NCBI GenBank assembly: GCA_963666765.1
Contig: OY762933.1
Coordinates: 2,695,422 to 2,759,421, forward strand
Direction: 5' to 3'
Origin: Gammaproteobacteria bacterium
GTDB taxonomy: Bacteria > Pseudomonadota > Gammaproteobacteria > Steroidobacterales > Foliamicaceae
Length of the DNA: 64,000 bases
Shown: positions 1 through 8,265 of the stretch, in pieces
Numbering within the stretch: the first letter of the stretch is position 1
Layout: every line of letters begins with the position of its first letter
Notes under the pieces: model-generated
Databases searched by the model: none
What the model was told of the DNA's origin: nothing
The model's input: only the letters and a program-made list of their open reading frames with translations
Made by a program: the position numbers and the translations under genes

Positions 1-830
1 AGGGTGCCGGCCGCGTGGGGCAGCGCCTTCGTAAACGCCAGCCAGGTGCCGATGGTGGCGACCTCGAGTCCGTGGGTGCGGGTGTAGAAGGAAGGCAGCC
101 AGGCCAGCAGGGCGGTGCTGACCATGCCGTACAGGCTGCCGCCCAGGACCATGTAGCGGAACGTCCCCTTTGCCCACAGGCCACGGAAAGCCGGGTACAT
201 CCGCGGCGCCTCTTCCGCCACCTGCAGGCCGTCGCTGTGGCCGCGCGGCGGGTCGCGCAGGGTGAAATACACGACCAGAGCGATCAGCACGCCCGGGGCG
301 CCGAAGGAAACGAGCGTGATCCGCCAGCCGTAGGCGTCGGTGATCCAGCCGCCGATCAGGAACGCCAGGAACACCCCCAAGGACGAGCCCAGTCCGAGTA
401 CGGCCATGGCCATGGCGCGCTCGCGGGGAGCGAAATAGTCGGATATGAGCGAATGGGACGGCGGCGTGCAGCCCGCTTCGCCAACGCCCACCAGCACCCG
501 GAACACGGCCAGTTGCACAAACGACCGGGCCAGTCCGCACAGGCAGGTCATCAGGCTCCACAGCGCCAGCGCCACGGCAATGATCTTCCGGCGCGAGCGG
601 CGGTCCGCAAGGCTGGCGATCGGAACCCCCAGCAGTGCGTAGAAGACGGTGAACGCGGCGCCGGTGATGAAGCCGATCTGGGTGTCGGTCAATGCCAGAT
701 CGGACTTGATCTGCGGCAGCAGGATGCCGATCACATAGCGATCGGCGTAGTTCAGCGTCATCACCGCCAGCAGCAGCCCCAGGACGTAGCGCCGATAGCG
801 TCGCGAAGCGGCAAACGTTGATTCAGTCAC
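1..830 (-). CDS. MFS transporter, N-terminal about 276 codons (3' end lies beyond the left window edge)
   Basis: My own translation of the minus strand from GTG (830-828) gives MTESTFAASRRYRRYVLGLLLAVMTLNYADRYVIGILLPQIKSDL...GVPIASLADRRSRRKII...FRVLVGVGEAGCTPPSHSLISDYF. It shows the MFS loop motif and serial hydrophobic helices. It is absent from the ORF track only because it is open-ended. ORF 15..821(+) is its antisense shadow. Confidence 0.8.
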   Translation of the reverse strand, partial: MTESTFAASRRYRRYVLGLLLAVMTLNYADRYVIGILLPQIKSDLALTDTQIGFITGAAFTVFYALLGVPIASLADRRSRRKIIAVALALWSLMTCLCGLARSFVQLAVFRVLVGVGEAGCTPPSHSLISDYFAPRERAMAMAVLGLGSSLGVFLAFLIGGWITDAYGWRITLVSFGAPGVLIALVVYFTLRDPPRGHSDGLQVAEEAPRMYPAFRGLWAKGTFRYMVLGGSLYGMVSTALLAWLPSFYTRTHGLEVATIGTWLAFTKALPHAAGT

Positions 831-850
831 CGCCGGACCTCGGGACGTGC

Positions 851-908
851 CCCCGGAAGGGAAGGCGTCCCGCCCTCGTGGAAGGCGGGACGCCTTCCCT
901 CCCCGGGG
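851..908. repeat. REP-like palindrome: two copies of the GGCGTCCCGCC stem-loop unit head to head
   Basis: CCCCGGAAGGGAAGGCGTCCCGCC-CTCGTGGAA-GGCGGGACGCCTTCCCTCCCCGGGG. The arms are about 24 bp and nearly perfectly complementary. The left half matches the REP consensus seen at 24208, 51908 and 55934. Confidence 0.8.
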
Positions 909-921
909 ATGGGATGCATGT

Positions 922-2019
922 TCAGGCGATCACTTCGATAAGTTCGCCGACGGCGCCGCGCAGCGTGAATCCCTCGGGTTGGGCATTGCCGAGCAGGGGC
1001 AGGGCGCCTTCGCCCACGGGCGCAATGCCGCTGGCCTCGCACATTTCGCGGACCTTGCCGAGATCGTTGACCCGCATAGTCATCATCGCCAGCCCGGTCC
1101 GGTCCAGCGATGTGGGATACAGGGTGCCGCTGGCCGCCTTGAACTCCCACACCTCGATGCTGACCCCGATGCCCACGTTTCCCCAGAGGAAATAGCTGTC
1201 GTCCGGCGCGCCGATCAGCTCGTTGGTGTTGCGCTGGAAACATTCCAGCTGCGAGCTGCGCCTGAGCCCCAGGGCCTGCTCGTAGAACGCGTCCACCGGG
1301 CGCTGGTCGAGACTGGTGATGGCGGCGTTGTGAAACCCGGAATGCAGTCCCGGCAGTGTCCATTCCGGCCGGTCGCTGCGCACGTGGGCGGTAATGAACA
1401 TCTGCTCTCCGCCCGGCCCGAAAGCGGCATAGCTCATCACGTCGATGTCACGGCGCCAGGTCGTGTTGCGGAAAAAGTAGTAACGCGGCGGCGTAATGAC
1501 CGGGGTGTTCGCGGACGCGAGGCGATGGTAGGACTCGGCCGGGTCCCGCGTAACGCCTTCCATGACCAGCAGCCCGGGGTCTCCGGGACCGGAGTCGGGC
1601 CGCGGACGATTGGCCGCCGCCCCCGCCGGCGCTTCGAGCACCCGTACCTGCGCGCTGTCGGAGGGCTCCGGCATATGCAATATCGCGAAGCGCCTCCCGG
1701 CATTTCCGACGCCGGGCGCATTGCCGGCATCCGCCGTCAGCGTGCCTTCGTCGGCGAGGGTCAAGCCGATCACCTCAGTGTAGAAGCGGATGCTGGCATC
1801 CACGTCCGGCGAGACCGTCGTGAACACGACGATCTTGGCTCGAAGGGGGTTGGATTCTTCCGGAGATGCAAGCGCCTGGCCGGACTGGACACGGGGTGCG
1901 TCCTGCGCGGCGTTGCCCGCGCCGGCCTCTTCGGCGGCGGCCTGCTCGCCGGACGTGCTCCCGAGTATGCCGGCGGAAACCGCCATCGCCGACGCCTGTA
2001 AAACGTCTCTTCTGTTCAT
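922..2019 (-). CDS. VOC (glyoxalase/dioxygenase-fold) family protein with a Tat-like signal peptide
   Basis: 365-aa ORF. The N-terminus MNRRDVLQASAMAVSAGILG is followed by an Ala-rich linker. The body has two VOC-like halves (IRFYTEVIGLTL..., AFYEQALGLRR...). Confidence 0.65.
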   Translation of the reverse strand: MNRRDVLQASAMAVSAGILGSTSGEQAAAEEAGAGNAAQDAPRVQSGQALASPEESNPLRAKIVVFTTVSPDVDASIRFYTEVIGLTLADEGTLTADAGNAPGVGNAGRRFAILHMPEPSDSAQVRVLEAPAGAAANRPRPDSGPGDPGLLVMEGVTRDPAESYHRLASANTPVITPPRYYFFRNTTWRRDIDVMSYAAFGPGGEQMFITAHVRSDRPEWTLPGLHSGFHNAAITSLDQRPVDAFYEQALGLRRSSQLECFQRNTNELIGAPDDSYFLWGNVGIGVSIEVWEFKAASGTLYPTSLDRTGLAMMTMRVNDLGKVREMCEASGIAPVGEGALPLLGNAQPEGFTLRGAVGELIEVIA

Positions 2020-2078
2020 CTCCCGCCCCAGGTGCCTGCGTGGACCGCGAATGTATCATGCGGGCTCGCCGCGCAGCG

Positions 2079-2933
2079 ATGACTATGACCGAAAGCCGTG
2101 ATTTCTTCGTGCCGGGGCCGGTCGGAAAACTGGCGACCCGCAGCAAGGGCCTTGCGCCGGGGTGCGGCCGTGTGGTGGTGCTGGTGCAGGGCGCCAATTT
2201 GAGCGGCCAGGCGGGATTCGACCTAAGTTTCCCCGGCGGCGAGGACTATTCGCTGATGGACGCCCTGGCGGTCCGCGGACTGGCTGCCGTGACTTTTGCC
2301 CTGCGCGGCTACGCCCGGTCCGATGCGCCCGAAGACCCGCTCACGGTCGATACCGACGCGGCGATCGAGGACCTTGCGGGCGTCATCGACTGGCTGGCGG
2401 CCGAGGGTCACCCCCGTCCCCATCTTCTGGGCTGGTCATGGGGAGGGCGCATCGTTGCCCGGTACGGCGAACAGCACCCGGAGCGGGTGGCGCGCATGGT
2501 GCTGCTGGATCCGGCGCTCGGGGGCGGCAACCTGATTCCCTTCGAGCCGGAAGAGCCGTGGTGGAGCGGCGGCTGGGACTACTTCTTCGAGCGCGAAGCG
2601 CAGTACGGGTCGGAAAAAATGCGCCGCGCGCTGGCGGACTACGTGGCCGCGCATGAGCCGCGCTCGCCCAACGGCATTCGGCGGGAAAACGCCAGAGGCA
2701 GCATTCCCGCCGATCCCGAAGCGCTGACCTGCCCGGTGCTGATGATCTACGGCAGCGGCGCCGGCAAGGCCGCCTACATGCACGGGGGGATACAGCGGGC
2801 CGAGTACTTCGAGCGGCTGCCGACGGAGGACAAGGCCCTGGTGGTGGTGCCGGGCGGCGGCGACTACGCTCATCTGCAGCCCGCGCGGGCGCGAATTCAG
2901 GCCGCAATCGCCGATTTCCTGCTGAAAGAATAG
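2079..2933 (+). CDS. alpha/beta hydrolase
   Basis: In-frame ATG at 2079 (MTMTESRDFF) lies inside ORF 1866..2933; the upstream extension is Arg/Pro junk overlapping the divergent gene. Nucleophile-elbow motif GWSWGG is present, and ERVARMVLLDP is typical of the fold. Confidence 0.8.
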   Translation: MTMTESRDFFVPGPVGKLATRSKGLAPGCGRVVVLVQGANLSGQAGFDLSFPGGEDYSLMDALAVRGLAAVTFALRGYARSDAPEDPLTVDTDAAIEDLAGVIDWLAAEGHPRPHLLGWSWGGRIVARYGEQHPERVARMVLLDPALGGGNLIPFEPEEPWWSGGWDYFFEREAQYGSEKMRRALADYVAAHEPRSPNGIRRENARGSIPADPEALTCPVLMIYGSGAGKAAYMHGGIQRAEYFERLPTEDKALVVVPGGGDYAHLQPARARIQAAIADFLLKE

Positions 2934-2951
2934 CGGCGTCCAGTCCCGAGC

Positions 2952-4112
2952 ATGAAGCCGGAGCGCGTACTCATCGTCGGCGGCGGCATCGGGGGCCTGA
3001 CCGCCGCGCTGGCCCTGGGCCGGGCGGGGTACCGGGTGGCGGTGTACGAACAGGCGCCGGAATTCAGCGAGATAGGCGCCGGCATCATGCTGACGCCCAA
3101 TGCCACCCGCGTGCTGCGCCATCTCGGCCTGGAGGCGGCGCTTGATCGCGCCGCACTGCGTCCGCCCGCCTCCGTGTACCGGCGCTTCGACGACGCTAGC
3201 GTGATCGGCGACGCGCCACTGGCGGAAGCGATGGAAACGGCCTACGGCGCCCCGTATTTCCACATCCATCGCAGCGACCTTCTGGATGTGCTGCTGGCCG
3301 CCGTGCGGGCGCAAGGCGCTGCCGAATTGAGTGCCGGCCGCATGGCGAGGGACTGTTCACAGGAGGGCGGGGAGGTCACCGTGCAGTTCAGAAACGGTGA
3401 TGCCGCCGTGGGCGATCTGCTGCTGGCCTGCGACGGAATTCGGTCGACCCTGCGCGGCCGGCTACTTGCGGGCGCGGAACCCCGCTTTCGCGGCCAGGTG
3501 GCGTGGCGCTCGCTGGTGCCGGCGGACGGCCTGCCGGAGCGCGTGACCGCAAGAGAATCGGTGGTGTGGATCGGCCGCGATCGCCACATCGTACAGTACG
3601 TGCTGCGCGGCGGCTCGCTGGTCAACTACGTGGCCATCGCGGTCCAGGACCAGTGGACCGCGGAGGGCTGGACCCTGCCAGCCGATCCGAGCGAAGTGAG
3701 AGCCGGGTTCGCCGGCTGGCATGAAGACGTGCAGTCTCTGCTCGAGGCGACTCCCGCAGGCGCGCTCTACAAGTGGGGCCTGTTCGACAGGGACCCGCTG
3801 GAGCAATGGGTTTACGGACGCATCGCGCTGCTGGGCGACGCGGCTCATCCCATGCTGCCCTTCATGGCGCAGGGCTCGGCCATGGCGATAGAGGATGCCG
3901 TGATCCTGGCGCGATGCGTTGAAGACTTCGACGACCTCGAGGTGGCGCTGTCACGTTACGAGGCGGTGCGACGCGAGCGCGCCGCGCGAATCATCCTGCA
4001 ATCCAGGGCGCAAACCGGCCTGTATCAGCGCCTGAGCGGCGACAAGAAGCGCCAGCGCGCCGCCAGCACCGACTGGGTCTACGGTTTCGACGCGACGAGC
4101 TGCGCGATCTAG
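2952..4112 (+). CDS. FAD-dependent monooxygenase (salicylate hydroxylase-like)
   Basis: 386 aa. N-terminal Rossmann motif VLIVGGGIGGLTAALAL, plus the DG..S and GDAAHPMLPFMAQG motifs of group A flavin monooxygenases. Confidence 0.9.
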   Translation: MKPERVLIVGGGIGGLTAALALGRAGYRVAVYEQAPEFSEIGAGIMLTPNATRVLRHLGLEAALDRAALRPPASVYRRFDDASVIGDAPLAEAMETAYGAPYFHIHRSDLLDVLLAAVRAQGAAELSAGRMARDCSQEGGEVTVQFRNGDAAVGDLLLACDGIRSTLRGRLLAGAEPRFRGQVAWRSLVPADGLPERVTARESVVWIGRDRHIVQYVLRGGSLVNYVAIAVQDQWTAEGWTLPADPSEVRAGFAGWHEDVQSLLEATPAGALYKWGLFDRDPLEQWVYGRIALLGDAAHPMLPFMAQGSAMAIEDAVILARCVEDFDDLEVALSRYEAVRRERAARIILQSRAQTGLYQRLSGDKKRQRAASTDWVYGFDATSCAI

Positions 4113-4483
4113 TCGAAATCCAGTCCCGGGATCTCTTCCAGCGGCGGCGGTTCGGGAATGGAACGCACGTAGGCATAGATCAGCCGGAGTTGCTTGTCGC
4201 TGAGCACCTTCGGCGAATAGGCCGGCATCAGGTTCGTAAACCGCACCAGCCGCGCGAACGCTTCATAGGGATACCGCGTTGGAGCGATGCGATTGCCGGC
4301 TACGCCTCCCTGTCCTTCATGGCCGTGACACTGCCAGCACTGCTGGCTCACATACAGCGCACGGCCTTCGCGCACGTCGTCCCCGGGCTCTTCAGCCCAC
4401 GCAAGCGCGCAGGCAAGCGTCCACAAAAGCAGGACCGGAACAGCAAGGCCCGGTGACCGGGCGATTCGCGAAAGCGCGCTCAT
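4109..4483 (-). CDS. mono-haem c-type cytochrome with signal peptide
   Basis: Start at internal ATG 4483 (MSALSRIARSPGLAVPVLLLWTLACALAWA). Haem motif CWQCH. Its ATG overlaps the TGA of the upstream ThDP gene (ATGA at 4480-4483). Confidence 0.8.
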   Translation of the reverse strand: MSALSRIARSPGLAVPVLLLWTLACALAWAEEPGDDVREGRALYVSQQCWQCHGHEGQGGVAGNRIAPTRYPYEAFARLVRFTNLMPAYSPKVLSDKQLRLIYAYVRSIPEPPPLEEIPGLDFD

Positions 4484-6471
4484 CTCGGCTGACAGCGGAC
4501 GTCCACGAACGCCGGCTCTCCGCCATCGACGACCTCCGCGGCGCGGGCCAGGGCCGGGCCCAGGTCGTCCGGGTCGGTAATCGGGCCTTCCGCCCACACA
4601 CCCATGGCGCCGGCCATGCGGGAAAAGTCGATGTCGGGATTGCGCAATTCGTTGCCCACCCGCCAACTGCTGTCGATCCCGCGCTGCCGCCGCGCCGCCA
4701 TGCGCTGCAGGTGCATGAATTCCTGGTGATACCCCTGGTTGTTGTGGGTCACCGTCAACAGCGGAATGCGGTGATACGCGGCAGTCCAGAATGCGCCCGG
4801 TGTGTACATCAGGTCACCATCCTTCTGCACGTTGACCGCGAACCGGCCCTCGGCGCGGTGGGCCAGCGCCGCGCCAATGGCCGCCGGCGCCCCATAGCCG
4901 AGACCGGCGCCGCCCGAACGGCCGATGTACTGATGGTGGCTTTCGATGGGCCATAGCCGTCGGGCCCAGCGGCTTTGCGCACCGTCGTCCGAGACCAGCG
5001 CCCAGTCCCGGTCCTTCACTACGTTCCACAGTTCGGCGTAGAGGCGGGCCGTGCTCACCGGACTGGCGTTCCAGCCGTAGCGCGCCGCATCCAGGGCCTG
5101 CGCGCGGGCGAGCGAGTGGGCCTCCCTCCAGCGCGCTTCCCTGGCGGCGTTGGTCGCGCGTCTCGCAGGCCGCATCCCCGAGAGTACGGCATCGGTCAAC
5201 ATCGGCAACGTGGCCTGCGCGTCCCCGGCGATGGAGAGGTCCGACGGATAGAAACGCTGGAAATTCTGGTAGTTGGACTTCGTGAACAGGTCGTTGGAGC
5301 CGATGCTGATCACGCGGGCGTCCGGCCGCGCCTTGCGCACGCTGTCGCGGTGGACCCGGTCGCGCACGGTGTTGATCACGCCCCAGACATCGAAGAGTTC
5401 CAGCCCGAGCACCACGTCGGCCTGGGCTACCGCGGTCGCATCCTGCGAGAGGTAGTGCGTGTTCGGGAAGTTCATGCGTCCGAACTGGTTGACCACCGGC
5501 GCCTGCAGGGCTTCGGCCAGCGCGACGAGCCGCTCCACCCCCACCTGGTCGCGGGCCATCAGGTCCGCCACGATCACGGGCGATTCCGCTTCCAGCAGCC
5601 AGCGCGCCGCCTCGGCGACCGCGGCCTCGTTGCCGGTGGGCGGCTGATTGACGGAAACGGAAAACAGGCTCAGGCGCTGATCGCCCGCCTCGGCCTCCTG
5701 CAGATGGCCGTCCAGCACCACGGCCACGGGTCCCGCCGGCGGCGTCATCGCGATCTTGAGGGCGCGGGCCATGGACTCGGCGTAGTGCTGCAGGGAAAGC
5801 GGCATGTCGTCCCACTTGATGTAATCGCGTATGACCCGCACGCAGTCCTGCGCGGAATGCGACCACTCCACGCCCGCCCGGCGCTCCGTCGCCTCCAGGT
5901 GGTTGCCCGCGAGCAGAATCATCGGCGCCCGGTCGCACCAGGCGTTGTAGACCGCCATGGAAGCGTGCTGCAGTCCCACGGTGCCGTGGCAGAGCACGCC
6001 CATGGGCTTGCCGCTGACCTTGTAGTAGCCATGGGCCATGGCCGCCGCCTGTTCCTCGTGCACGCAGGTCAGCAGTTCGGGCGCCTGGTTGCCGCCGTAG
6101 TTGACGATGGATTCCTGCAGTCCGCGGAAGCTGGAACCCGGATTGGTGGCGATGTATTCGAGACCGAGCCGCCGGATGACGTCCAGCATGAAATCGGAAC
6201 CCGGATTGCGGACAAAATACTCGCGCGCCTGATCGGCGCTGTAGCCGTCCGGTATTTCCGATTCCATCGCTTCCTGGGCGGCCGTGGGCGGCAAGGCGCC
6301 GGGCGCCTGCGCATCGTCGGCCGCCCGCCGCGCCGAAGCCTTGCCTGCGGCGCCGGCGCCTGTTGCGGCCAGCCCGGCCGCCATTGCGGACGAAAGGAAA
6401 TCCCTGCGGTTGACGCGCGCCGGTTCCTCCCGGCCGGATGGGGCTGGGTGGGGCTGGTTGTCGGGCTTCAC
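4480..6471 (-). CDS. thiamine-diphosphate-dependent enzyme (acetolactate synthase/pyruvate oxidase fold) with a twin-arginine signal
   Basis: GTG at 6471 is preceded by GGAGGAAAC. N-terminus VKPDNQ...ARVNRRDFLSSAMAAGLAATGAGAAG. ThDP motif GGAGLGYG...KDGDLMY...THNNQGY. Confidence 0.85.
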   Translation of the reverse strand: MKPDNQPHPAPSGREEPARVNRRDFLSSAMAAGLAATGAGAAGKASARRAADDAQAPGALPPTAAQEAMESEIPDGYSADQAREYFVRNPGSDFMLDVIRRLGLEYIATNPGSSFRGLQESIVNYGGNQAPELLTCVHEEQAAAMAHGYYKVSGKPMGVLCHGTVGLQHASMAVYNAWCDRAPMILLAGNHLEATERRAGVEWSHSAQDCVRVIRDYIKWDDMPLSLQHYAESMARALKIAMTPPAGPVAVVLDGHLQEAEAGDQRLSLFSVSVNQPPTGNEAAVAEAARWLLEAESPVIVADLMARDQVGVERLVALAEALQAPVVNQFGRMNFPNTHYLSQDATAVAQADVVLGLELFDVWGVINTVRDRVHRDSVRKARPDARVISIGSNDLFTKSNYQNFQRFYPSDLSIAGDAQATLPMLTDAVLSGMRPARRATNAAREARWREAHSLARAQALDAARYGWNASPVSTARLYAELWNVVKDRDWALVSDDGAQSRWARRLWPIESHHQYIGRSGGAGLGYGAPAAIGAALAHRAEGRFAVNVQKDGDLMYTPGAFWTAAYHRIPLLTVTHNNQGYHQEFMHLQRMAARRQRGIDSSWRVGNELRNPDIDFSRMAGAMGVWAEGPITDPDDLGPALARAAEVVDGGEPAFVDVRCQPR

Positions 6472-6560
6472 GTTTCCTCCCCGGCATGACGCTGAAGGAA
6501 TTCCATGATAAGGGCCGCGGTTGGCGACGCTTCCCGGTTGTACCATGGGTTTGATCGAAG

Positions 6561-7430
6561 ATGCCGAAACGCTTTCTCAACGCGCGAACAACCCGTGATG
6601 GCGCCGGGTCCGCACTCGACATCAGGCGCTACGCGCCCGCGCTCGGCGCCGAAGTCAGGGGCGTCGATCTCGCGGGCGGCCTTGATCCCGCGACGTGCGA
6701 GCAGGTTCGCGCGGCCCTGCTCGCACACCAGGTGCTGTTCTTCAAGGACCAGACGGAGATTTCCCCGCGAACTCAAATCGAGATTGGCAGGATGTTCGGC
6801 GAGCTTCACATGCACCCCGCCGCCCCTCAGATGGCGGGCCACCCCGAAATCTTCGAAATCTACGTGAGCAGGAACTCGAAGATCGCCAACGGCGAATTCT
6901 GGCACTCCGACGTGTCCTGCGACGAAGTGCCGCCGCTCGGCACGATCCTGCAACTGCACATCCTCCCTCCGGTCGGCGGCGACACGCTGTTCGCCAACAT
7001 GTACGCGGCCTATGACGCTCTATCGGAGCCGATGAAGCGGATGCTCGAAGGACTGAGCGCCCTGCACGAATCCGAGCACGTCTACCGCGAGCGCTACTCC
7101 GATCGTGGCGTGGACGACACCGCCAGGGAATATCCAAGCGCGATTCACCCCGTCGTCCGTACGCACCCGGAGACCGGCCGAAAGGCGCTTTTTGTAAACC
7201 GCACGTTCACGACCCGGATCAACGAACTCGAAGCGGCCGAGAGCGAAGCGCTGCTCGGATTCCTCTTCGATCACTGCGAAGGCATCGACTTTCAGATCAG
7301 GTATCGCTGGGAACGCAACGACGTCGCCTTCTGGGACAACCGCTGCGCGATGCACCGGGCGATCTGGGACTACTGGCCCGAACGGCGCAAGGGACGGCGC
7401 GTCACGATCAAGGGCGACCGGCCGACATGA
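6561..7430 (+). CDS. TauD/TfdA-family Fe(II)/2-oxoglutarate dioxygenase
   Basis: 289 aa. WHSDVS (His-x-Asp facial triad), PPxGGDTLFANM, and C-terminal RxMHRA...R motifs typical of taurine dioxygenase relatives. Confidence 0.9.
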   Translation: MPKRFLNARTTRDGAGSALDIRRYAPALGAEVRGVDLAGGLDPATCEQVRAALLAHQVLFFKDQTEISPRTQIEIGRMFGELHMHPAAPQMAGHPEIFEIYVSRNSKIANGEFWHSDVSCDEVPPLGTILQLHILPPVGGDTLFANMYAAYDALSEPMKRMLEGLSALHESEHVYRERYSDRGVDDTAREYPSAIHPVVRTHPETGRKALFVNRTFTTRINELEAAESEALLGFLFDHCEGIDFQIRYRWERNDVAFWDNRCAMHRAIWDYWPERRKGRRVTIKGDRPT

Positions 7431-8265
7431 ACGTGGGGCCGGCCCGAAGGAATTTCCTGACCAGGGCCGCCGAGGCTTCCGGTTGTTCGATCACCAGGTA
7501 GTGGCCGCTGTCGGGCACCGTGGCGAGTTCGCAGCCGGGGATCATGTGTTGGATCCTGGAGAATCCGATCCCGCTGTCGGCCGGGGCGAAGGGCGTCATG
7601 TTGTCTTCTTCCCCCGCGATCAGCAGCGTCGGCGCCTTGATGCGCCGGGCCCAGGGACTCAAGTCCACATGGTCCATCATTTTCGTGCCGTTCACAAAGG
7701 TTTCGGGGCTGGTGTGGCTGAAAGCTTCACGCATCGAGGCCAGCTGCGCTTCGGCCTCCTCGCGCTCGTAGTAGGCTCTGCTGAAACCGGCCACGGCGGT
7801 CAGGTCCGAAACCGCCGCCATGCCGCTGTCGCGCGCCGCCCGTCGCCAGGTGGAGCGCATCATGCGGGCCGCATTGTCGTAGCGGGCCACAAAGCAACTC
7901 AGCACCAGCCGGTCGACCGATTGCGGGTAATTCGCAGCCAGGACCAGGGCCGCCATGGCGCCGAAAGACGTGCCGTGGACATGCACCGGCGCCAATCCCA
8001 GTGTCCCGATGAATTCATGCACCTGTTCGGCAATGCCTTCCAGCCCGCCTTCCCGCGGCGCGCCGGTGCTTTGCCCGTATCCGGGCAGGTCGAAATCGAT
8101 CACCTCGAAGTCGGCGGCGACCAACGGTGTCAGGCGCTCGAAATTCCGGTGTCCGAATGCCGACCCGTGAATGTGCAGCACCGGCACGCCGTTGCCGACG
8201 CGCCGGTACCAGATCGTCTCTCCGCCCGGCAGTGATACGGTCGTCACGGTCGCCGGCTCAGTCAA
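7408..8265 (-). CDS. alpha/beta hydrolase
   Basis: 285 aa. HGSAFGHRNF, nucleophile elbow GTSFGA, C-terminal SGHYLVIEQP. TTG start overlaps the upstream stop (TTGACTGA). Confidence 0.85.
   Translation of the reverse strand: MTEPATVTTVSLPGGETIWYRRVGNGVPVLHIHGSAFGHRNFERLTPLVAADFEVIDFDLPGYGQSTGAPREGGLEGIAEQVHEFIGTLGLAPVHVHGTSFGAMAALVLAANYPQSVDRLVLSCFVARYDNAARMMRSTWRRAARDSGMAAVSDLTAVAGFSRAYYEREEAEAQLASMREAFSHTSPETFVNGTKMMDHVDLSPWARRIKAPTLLIAGEEDNMTPFAPADSGIGFSRIQHMIPGCELATVPDSGHYLVIEQPEASAALVRKFLRAGPTFMSAGRP

Noticed and set aside
4814-6622. 602-aa (-) and 504-aa (+, 4975..6489) ORFs overlapping the ThDP enzyme gene
   Set aside because: They are alternative or antisense frames of a gene whose own frame carries the ThDP motif, a Tat signal and a strong SD. 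Their translations are Arg/Gly/Pro-rich junk.
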